A stretch of 64,000 nucleotides of DNA from Felis catus (taxonomy: Eukaryota). The DNA lies in contig NC_058368.1 of assembly GCF_018350175.1 (NCBI RefSeq), positions 157,916,001 through 157,980,000 of the forward strand. The letters are read 5' to 3'. Of this stretch, positions 54,011 through 64,000 are shown in pieces. Positions within the stretch are counted from its first letter, which is position 1, and each line of letters begins with the position of its first letter. The notes beneath the pieces were generated by a model. It made no database searches. It was not told the origin of the DNA and saw only the letters and a list, made by a program, of their open reading frames with translations. The translations under genes and the position numbers were made by a program.

Positions 54011-54277
54011 GTTTTGTTTTGTTCTGTTTTATTTCATTTCATTTTATTTCATTTTTTATTTTATTTCATTTTATTTCATTTTTTATTTTTTTTATTTTGA
54101 GGGGGGTGGTTACAGAGAGAGAGGGAGTGAGAGAATCCCAAGCAGGTTCCAAGGTGTTAGCACAGAGTCCAACGCAGGGCTCTGTACTACGAACCTTGGA
54201 TCATGACCTGAGTGGAAAGCAAGAGTTGGATGGGTGGCTCAGTTTGTTAACAACAAACTGATGCACCCATGTGCCCC
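54011..54277 (-). mobile_element. CanSINE in PCSK1 intron 13, with expanded pentamer tail and internal hairpin
   Basis: TSD agccMctgagttt; reverse-orientation body. Confidence 0.85.
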
Positions 54278-55104
54278 TCAGCCCCTGAGTTTTATAAAGG
54301 GGTCTTGGGAGAGACCAGTGTGATAAGCCACATGGGGTGGAACTGGAGATATCAGAGAAGCAGCTTTGTCAACCAGTGTGGAAGTAACTCAACTTTATAA
54401 CAACTGTAGGGTCTGATTCATACCCCTTAAGGAATCTTGGAGGGAGAAATACCCATAAAGTCAACTTGCCTCTGGGACTGTGAAGAAAAGTCCTCTGGGG
54501 TGGGGGCCCCCAGGGGGCGGGGGTAAGCTGCGTTGCAGAATGTAAATGGAACCAGAATCTGAGCTGAGGACTTCATACAACTAGTTTATAAGTTTCTTAA
54601 ATAATTACATCTTTATATCTCCCAAAATATCCATCACTGAGCCAGACTTCATGAAAGGTCATTCTGGAAATTCTGATTACCTACCTACTACATCTGAGGC
54701 ACTGGGCTAGATGCTGGGGGATTAAGAGATAAACAAAATGTGGTGTCTGCCCACTGTCTGATAAGAGAGAAGCCAGCAGCCTCAGTAGGCTGAGTCTCAG
54801 TAGGAACAGGAATGACTGACTAGCTATCCTATGAAATTTTCTCAGAGAAATTGAGACTGGGATTCAGTGGCTTCCCTTAGAGCTGCCAAAAAAGTGACAG
54901 TTAAGGAATTAGTAAAGAGAAGCCTACAGGATTTGGTCACTTGAGCCTTGGTTTTCTTTCTGGAAAATGGACATGCTAAATGTCTGTCTTCTCTAGGTTA
55001 CAGGGATTATTGGTTAAATGAGACAATGTAAAAAATACTTGAAAAGTATGTGTGATACAGACATTAGGCATATGTGATCATGCATAAAGATAGCTCTTTT
55101 TTTA

Positions 55105-55345
55105 GGGGTGCCTAGGTGGCTCATTCAGTTAAGCGTCCAACATTGGCTCAAATCATGATCTTGCAGTTCGTGGGTTCCAGCCCTGCGTTGGGCTTTGTGC
55201 TGACAGCTCAGAGCCTGGATCCTGCTTTGGATTCTGTGTCTCCCTCTATCTCTGCCCCTCCCCTGTTCATACTCACTCACTCAATGACTCTCTCTCTCTC
55301 TCTCTCTATCAAAAATAAATAAGCTTTAATTTTTTTAATTTTTAA
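55105..55345 (+). mobile_element. CanSINE in PCSK1 intron 13
   Basis: Typical body; TSD aaagatagctctYttt. Confidence 0.92.
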
Positions 55346-55646
55346 AAAGATAGCTCTCTTTATAATTTGATATGTCATACATTTTGATACATGTAAGTTG
55401 ATATGTTATAAATTCTCATGTTAGAGAATTTCATACCTTTGAATTCATCAACTTTAATCTCTAAATTCTGGACAAAAGAATAAACTTAAATAATATGAGG
55501 GTTTTATTTAATGGCAAACAGTTTGGCACTCTCACTCCCTTTTCTCCCCACTCACGTTTGACTTTCTCTCTGTCTGAAAATTAGATACAGCTCTACTCAC
55601 TACATTGTCTACTACAGTTCAAAGAAAGATGTGCCAAGAATGCTCA

Positions 55647-55829
<183 letters not shown>

Positions 55830-57346
55830 CTATGGATAAGCATACACATAAGTTTAGGGTATATTCTGAGAAATTTCAAACTCCTTAAAAGTATCTGTAA
55901 AATCTATTAAAAATTCTGTACATGCCATGTGTAGAGCACTATGTACAAAGAAGTAAATCATTGGATTCACTGTTGTCATGAAAATGGACAGTGTATAGGT
56001 TCGAGGATTTAAAGACTGATTATTTGCTTCATTTAATTAAAAAAGCAAAACTCTTTATATGAATGCTCTTTTCTATTCTGTTCTTGGAAAGTTGACTGTA
56101 CTTTCCATAAATAGAAATATATTTAGTAATTATCAGCTTGTAGAAACATTCCAATGGAGAAAAAGCCTCTTTGGAGTATTATAAATAGACTTCAGTATTA
56201 ATCAGCACTTAAAAACTGTAGATTTATGGGAAGAGTAATAATTTTCAGAGGCTCAATAGTTATGCCAAAAATAATGTGCTGAAATCTAAAAATATCTAAA
56301 AAGAATATGAAAGTGTAGGCTCAGATTTTACAGACTTGATATAAAATAGTCTTATCTTGGTAAACAGATTTTTCTTAGTTTTTTAAAGATGAAATTGAGT
56401 TAAAGAACGGAGGACAAGTTCAAGAATAGAACTACTTCCTAAGAACATTTTCTTGCTCTCCCTATGAGAGCAGGAATTTTTACAGATTCTGGTTCTAAAT
56501 CATAATTTTTGCAGTCTGTAGGAGAAAGCTATTCTCAGAGAGAAAAATGTAACAATGACTATAGAATTTGTATTAATTTAATGGAAATCCTTAGGAATTT
56601 AAAATAATTTCTTTTAAAAGAGTTATCTAGACTTTGAAATCCGATGCTGCTGAACAGTTCTATCTTGGGAGAACTCAGACCTGAAACATTGTTTGTATAT
56701 GTGCTCAACCTGTAGAAAATGCTGGAGAAATGATGCAAAAGTAGACAATTCAGCTGTATTTAGCTTTTTGCTCAGACACTCCTTACTCTATTTTTGTTAT
56801 CATGAGTTACAATTTTAGAAAGATATCAAAGAGTGTTAGTAAACAGAGTGAAAGAGAAGTGAGAAATGCTTTTCAGTTTGTTTCATAACTGAAGCAAAAC
56901 AAAACAAAAAAGTCATATTAAATAAGATTTCTTGTGTAACAAGTCAATAGCCACTATAGTAAGAAGTGTTAAGAGTTTCTTCATGTGACCCCAGCAGAAT
57001 GTCATAGCAAGGTTGGTATAGCATTTAACTGTCTTTGTAAATAGAGGTAATTCTGGTGTCTGAGTAGGTCATATGGCTGGCTGCATTCTGGCATTGGAAC
57101 ACTTGGATTTGTCACGTAGTCTGTAACATTATTAATACATCTTTTTTTTCTTTATTATGGTATGGCTTATTTATTTAATTATTTATTTAGTCAGTCAGTC
57201 TATAAAGCCAAGTGGGCAGGGATTGAAACATTACACCTTTTCCTTACTTTTACTAGAGAGTGACCTGAATGCCTTAGGACCTTGATTAATGATGATACCA
57301 ATCTTAAAAGTACTTGAAAATGTTTAAAAGTGAGCCTGTGTTTCTA

Positions 57347-57571
<225 letters not shown>

Positions 57572-58829
57572 CTAATAAATGAAAATGAAAACTGGGAGAG
57601 AGTTGCCCTCCTAATTTTCCCTTTTTTGTATAAGATCAGGATAGAAACATTATAAAAAAAATGTTTTTACCCATAGAAATTAGCATATTGCCTGGCATAT
57701 AATAAGTTCTCAGTAAATATTTTGGTAAAATAATGAGTATATTGATTAAGGTTTTTTTTTTTTTTTAATAAGGAGAACTCATAGAACTACATTTACAAAC
57801 TATGGATTCAGAGACCTAAAATACATTTTAGTGGAACTATCATTTTGAAATTTAAGAGGAAGTCTTGAAAATTTATCTGGTGCCTGTGCCTATAATCTAG
57901 TGTAGGCATAAAAAAATAAAGCTATATTAATTTCATAATGTCTTGTCATCTAAAAACTAGTAGTGGGATTTAACTCTAAAATTTCAAATCCAAGTTCTCT
58001 GTAGATCTAGATGAAAGGGTCAAGTGATCTGTAGGGCCATCAATGAGAAAGCATTCCACTCATATTCAGGCCAACTCCAAGATAGCTAGAAAGTATGACT
58101 CCAAATCAACAGTGTCTATAGTCCAAACCTCTAAGAAGTTTATATCCTGGAAGGAGATGACAGAGGGAGCTCATCTTTCCTCATAACTCACCTATAGAAA
58201 TTGAATTTAGTCTAGTGAATCCTACTAAAAAATGAAAGAGTATTAGGATAGCATTTCCTGGTTGGATTAAAGTTTATGGTTTACAACCTCTTCCCTATCC
58301 ATGATCTCATCTGAGTTAGTACTTTCTCAGGAAAGGGCAATTGCCTGTACATTCTATCATATGGCCTTTGCAATGCCATCATGGAATATTTGTTAGTCTT
58401 CTCAATATTCTTTCATGGGTCACAAGTCCTAGTTTTTTGGCTGATTCCTTATATGTGTCTGATATATTTGTCAGCTTTATTAATTATCAGAGTAACTTTC
58501 ACTAATATGTTGCCTAAGAGAAATGAATGATAGATCAGTGACCTGGGAAAATGAGCACAGTTTGAAAATGTGTAACTCCATAAAGTTTTATTAATTGGTA
58601 TTATTTGAATAGACCTCATTCTCTGCTTATCTAAGAACCAGTAGGAATGAGTTGGCAGAGTTCTGATGCCAAAAAAAATTAAAAAATAAGCATATTTTCT
58701 TAAGTCCTGAAATCATCTATTGGGAAACTCAGCCCTATAAAAAATCATTGATTTAAAATCATTCAATATACTCTTTAAAATTTAACTAAATGATTTAGAA
58801 TAAATTTTTGAAGTTTTTAAAAAGTTTAC

Positions 58830-58987
58830 CAGCAGCAGAAGTGAGTGTAACATGAAGGTCTCCTCTTCGGGAATATTCAATAGTTGCTTCAAATTGCACA
58901 TGTTCCAGGGACTTGATGGCATTTTCTTGTTCTTCACAAGCTCTTGTTGGAATTTCAATGATAACTTCTCCATTACCTTTCAGGGCT
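58830..58987 (-). CDS. PCSK1: PCSK1 coding exon (human exon 11): P domain with RRGDL motif
   Basis: Manual translation gives [52 protein letters not shown](G). Acceptor tatttag, donor G|gtaaa, 158 bp, phases match both neighbours. Not in the ORF track in this frame. Confidence 0.96.
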
Positions 58988-59179
58988 CTAAATACATTTT
59001 GAACAAAATCACTGGATAAAGTACATCTCTTCTTCTTTGTATTTTATGCAAATACATACACATCAGTCTTGACTAGATACTCAGCTAAGCTTGTTGTCTC
59101 TCCCTGTTATGAGTAGAACAAAATTCAGGAGTAGCTAGAAATAATGTGTAGAAAATGGTAAGGTTTTTACAGAAATGTA

Positions 59180-60665
59180 AAAAAATTCTACAATTTTTAT
59201 GCATCATAAAAGACCACAAATAGCTAAAGTAACCCTGAGAAAGAACGAAGTTGAAGGCATTCCACTTCCTCATTTCAAAATATATTTCAAAACTATAGTA
59301 ATGAAAATAGTATGGTACTGGCATAAAGACAGACATATAGACCAGTATAACAGAATAGAGAACTTAGAAATAAACCCAAGATTATATGGTCAACTGATCT
59401 TTAACAAGGATGCCAAGAATAGTCAATGGGGAAAGAGCAGTCTGTTCAGCAAAGTGTGCTGGGAGAACTGGATATTCATAGGCAAAGTAATAAAATTGGA
59501 CCCATATCTAACATCATACACAAAAATCAACTCCAAATGGAGTAAACACCATAAGACGTGCAATTGTAAGTCTGGAAGAAAACATAGGAAAAACTTCATG
59601 ACATTGGTCTTGGCAGTGATTTAATGGTTATGACACCTAAACTACAGGCAACCAAAACAAAAGTAAGCAAGTGGGAATACATCAAGCTAAAAATCTTCCG
59701 CATAGCAAAGGAAACCATCAACGAAATGAAAATACAACCTAAAAAATGGGAGAAAATATTGCAAACCGTATATCTGATAAAGGGTTAACCTATAAAAAAA
59801 TATAAGGAAACTCCTACAGCTCAATAACCAAAAAATAATAATAATAATTAATAACCTGATTAAAAAGTGAGCCAAGTACTTATATAGATATTTTTCGAAA
59901 AAGACCTATAAATGACCAGCAGGCATATGAAAAAAATTTCACCTTTGCTAATCATCAGGAAAATGCAAATCCAGACACTTGTCAGGATGGCTGTTAACAA
60001 AAAAGCAAAAGACAACAAGTATTGAAGAAGGTGTGGAGAAATGTGAACCCTTGCATAATTGGTGGGAATACAAATGGTGCAGTCACTATGGAAAACAGCA
60101 TAAAGTTTTCTCAAAACATTAAAAATAGAACTATCAAATGATCCAGCAATCCCACTTCTGGATATTTATCCAAAATAACTGAAAACAGGATCTTGAAAAG
60201 ATCTCATGTTCTTTTTAGCACTATTCCTAATAACCAAGATGTGGAAACAACCTAGATGTCTATCAACAGATGGAAGGTTAAATAAAATGTGGTAAAACAC
60301 ATATAATCTTTAAAAAGAAAAGATATTCTGCTATATGCAACAATATGGATAAGCGCTGAAGATATTATGGTAAGCGAAATAAGTCACAGAGAAATAAATA
60401 CTGCATAAAATTCTACTTAAATGAAGTATCTAAAATAGTCAAATTCATAGATTCAAAAAGTGGAATTGTGGTTGCCTGGGGCTAGGGGAAAATGGAGTTG
60501 CTAATCAATGGGCATGTAAGTTACACAAGATGCATAAGTTCTAGAGATCAGTTGTGCAACAATTGTACTTAGAATCAACAATAATGTATTGTATACTTAA
60601 AGAGAGTAGGTCTCATGGTAAGAGTTCTTACTACAATAAAACAAAATAGAAAAGAAAAGAAAAAA
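59180..60665 (+). mobile_element. L1 (L1MA-like) 3' portion in PCSK1 intron 10, antisense to the gene
   Basis: ORF 59199-59624 gives L1 ORF2-like [17 protein letters not shown]...[15 protein letters not shown], followed by 3' UTR and an A-rich tail. Confidence 0.92.
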
Positions 60666-60851
60666 ATTGGTGAGGAACAGAGATACAAGAATATAGTGCT
60701 ATTTGCTGTGGAATAGAATTTAGGCAGGTTTGCCTTGGACCCATCAAAAAGTGGTCCATTACTGAAATGGGCCCTCTTAAGAAATGATATTATCTCCATA
60801 ATGAATGTTCCCCAAGGCTCCCACTCTCAGATTTTTTTCTGTGAGTGGGTC

Positions 60852-61113
60852 TTTTTTTTTTTAGTTTTGAAATGTATGATTTACTTACTTTTTAAAGTTT
60901 ATTTTTGAGAGAGAGAGCACGAGTGAGTGAAGGGCAGAGAGAGAGGAAAGGAGAGAGAATCTCACACAGGCTACCCGGAGCCTGAAGCAGGGCTCAAGCT
61001 CACCCGGAAGTGGGGCTAGAACTCACCTGGTGTGGGACTCGAACTCACAGCCGGTGAGATCATGACCTGGGCTCAAGTCAGATGCTTAACTGACTGAGCT
61101 ACCCAGCCACCCC
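60852..61113 (-). mobile_element. CanSINE with triplicated B-box segment (PCSK1 intron 10)
   Basis: Reverse-orientation body with three ~22-bp units at 60981-61047. Confidence 0.85.
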
Positions 61114-61694
61114 AATGAGCAGATCTTTAATATAATCATGGTTTCCTTGAAAGAATCAACAAAATAGTTATACCAGATTCTGCTTCTCTGGCCAGATCTG
61201 GTAGGCTGGATGTGTTCTTATGTAAAGGCAGCATGGTAAACAATCATTCATGGAAAAAAAAAAAAAATCATGAATCACATAGGACTATAGCATGAAGAGA
61301 GGCTCTTCTGGAAATGGGTTTTGGATAATATTGGTTGGTAAGTATTACATATAATCAATTCTAAGATACATTTTTAAAAAATACTTTAACATCTTTGACT
61401 TTGGGATTAATCTTAAAACTAATAGCTAGTAATAGTTTAATTGGCAATGAGTTTTCTTAGTGATATATAAAACAATGAATACAGATAGGCTAGGAAAGGA
61501 AAATGGAAATATGCTAAGTTGACTTGCAGATTTCCGATCTTTTGATGATTCCCATGGGCCCACAGGGAACTATGGCAAATGCTCTCTCCATCTACTTCAG
61601 AGGGTAGGTGAGAAAAAAATTAGGCAGAGTGACAAACATCATAATCAAATAGTGCCATGGGCACACATTTGTTTAAAATCCCTGCAGATACTTA

Positions 61695-62057
<363 letters not shown>

Positions 62058-62439
62058 CTATTTATAGATAATGAAGTCCTTTTTGCAACTATACTTTTAC
62101 TGTTGTATTTCTTTTGGTGTATCTTTTCATTTGGAATTTAAAATACAGTACTGAAAGTTTCTCTCCATACCATATAAATTAAGCTCCTATTATAAGTAAA
62201 ATTTGGGTTTCAATATTGTAGAAATATGTAATTTTGTCCCCGATTTTTACTGGAACAAAAATTTTAAATGACAAAACTTCCTTTGTGTCTGTTTTCTGCT
62301 GTCTATTCACAGCCTTGGCACTTTCCACATTATGCATTCACAGATGAGGCTTTGACTTCCTTCTTAGGAAGACTCAGATTTTAAAGACATAGCTTGGCTC
62401 CATAGTCTTAAATATCTTGCCTCTTTTCTTTATATATCA

Positions 62440-62565
62440 CTGTTAAGAATACACTTATCTTGATGAGCACTGAGTCGAATATGGGTTTGTTGATTCACTA
62501 TATTTTACACCTGGAACTCATCTAACACTGTATGTTAACTACACTAGAATCAAAATTTAAAACAA
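62440..62565 (+). mobile_element. Carnivore L1 3'-end fragment
   Basis: gatgagcactgag...ttcactatattttacacctggaact...acactgtatgttaactacact. Confidence 0.7.
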
Positions 62566-62589
62566 ATTGTCAAACTCTTAGCTACTTGA

Positions 62590-63100
62590 CATCACTCTTG
62601 CAAGACACTATGCTGAATACTGTGGAGATATCAAAGGAGGTGATTCTTATCTTTAAGTACACAATCCAGCAAAAGAACTAAGCTTTTCTGTAACTGTAAT
62701 GTACCTGTTGAATACTTTATTCATGGCATCATGTGTTATAGGAATTTAGAGAAGGAAGAGCTCTGGGGATGGAAAGATCTAGGAAAGCTTTGCTAGGAGG
62801 AAATATTTTATCTGAACTTTGAAGTTTGGGTAGAATGTCAAGAAGTGAAGAGATAGAAAAGGGATGAGGCAACAGAACAAAACCTACAAGGGTGAAAGTA
62901 TAGGATGTGACCAGAATACAGTGAGGTGTTGGTTTTCTGGAGCAGGGAAGAGGTGATAGGGTACTGAGCTGGATGGTGAGGACCTTGGATGCCAGGAAAA
63001 GGAGCTTATGCTTTATCCCTTGGCAACCGGGAATCAAGGATTTTTGAGCAAGGAAACGGCATAATTAGGAGTCTTGATAAGATTAATTTATCAGAAATAT
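62590..63100 (-). mobile_element. L2 remnant
   Basis: ggaccttggatgccagg...ctttatccct...ggatttttgagcaagg is typical reverse-orientation L2. Confidence 0.55.
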
Positions 63101-64000
63101 AAAGATACATCAGAGATACTTGGGATTTTTGGATCTATTATAATAAAGATGTAGCCTTCCCAGATCTTTCTATTTAAAATTTCAATTCTCCTCACATGCT
63201 CCTGAACTCCCTTATCCTTCCCCCCCCCCCTTTAATAGTACTCTTCTAACATACTGCGTAATTCATTTGTTTTGTATATTATTAATGTCTGTCTCCCCTG
63301 CTATAGCTATGTAGGAAGGGTTGACATTTTTATCTATCTAGTTCTCTGATGTATACCATTCAGAAGAATGCCAGGCACAGGCGATATTCTGAGTTAAATA
63401 TTTGTTGGTTGGATGACTGAATGTGCCTAAGTATTAAGTAGCCCTAATAATTTTTAAACTTGTGGCATTTTGTCATTAGATTCTTTTATTATCTGAAGCT
63501 TTTCCTTAGCTTTGAGACCTGCATTGTTTCTATCAAGCCAATCAAGCATTATTTAATAAATAAATACCCAAGAGTTTTGTCCTCAAGTTTTATATCTTAG
63601 CACTAGGTTGTGAAACAACCATCAGGGGAATCTGGCTTAATTTGCTCTTTTTCCTCAGAGCCCAAAATGTACCGGTTAAACAGTCCCCTGGTGACAAGAA
63701 AGAGGCAACACACATCCTTAAACACTGAAGAGTCTGGTTCTTGGTTAAAATTCCACATGTGATTTTCAGGTTTCTTTAGAGGCATGACAAAGGCTCTACC
63801 TGGCAGGCTCTATGGAGAAACTTCCCTCCCCACACCAGCCTGGATGTGGTCTCTAAAAGGAGTTGCCATCAAGGACTCAGACCCCTACCTGGTTAGGTAT
63901 ATTTACTTTACCACCCCTTTTGCCTTCATTCCTAGGTCTCCTTATCTGAGGCCAAGGGTAGAGGTCTTCTTCAGACCTCTGGACTCTACCCAAGGCCTCC

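Noticed and set aside
58782..58973. 63-aa minus-strand ORF over PCSK1 exon 11
   Set aside because: Wrong frame; the true exon frame gives the RRGDL-containing peptide.
59199..59624. 141-aa ORF resembling a reverse-transcriptase-associated protein
   Set aside because: Degenerate fragment of a 5'-truncated L1 ORF2, frameshifted downstream.
62060..64000. Search for PCSK1 exon 9 (catalytic Ser motif GTSASAP)
   Set aside because: Not found; it presumably lies beyond the window end.

Overview
Mammalian genomic DNA, almost certainly from a felid, judging by the many tRNA-derived CanSINEs including a young SINEC_Fc-type copy. The right end holds the last five coding exons of PCSK1 (prohormone convertase 1/3) on the minus strand: exons 10-14 by human numbering, 234/158/134/162/378 bp. 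All have GT-AG splice sites, the spliced frame is open, and a 3' UTR with proximal and distal AATAAA signals follows. Upstream exons lie beyond the window. The first ~50 kb is gene-poor downstream sequence made of CanSINEs, L1, L2, MIR, LTRs and DNA transposon fossils. I found no evidence of a new biological system. The more interesting details are small-scale: several local inverted duplications (template-switch-like), a twin-primed L1, a clean solo LTR, SINEs with odd internal structure, a dispersed ~95-bp direct repeat, and Glu at the residue matching the human Q665E variant. Repeat family names and human comparisons come from recall of consensus and reference sequences, not from searches.
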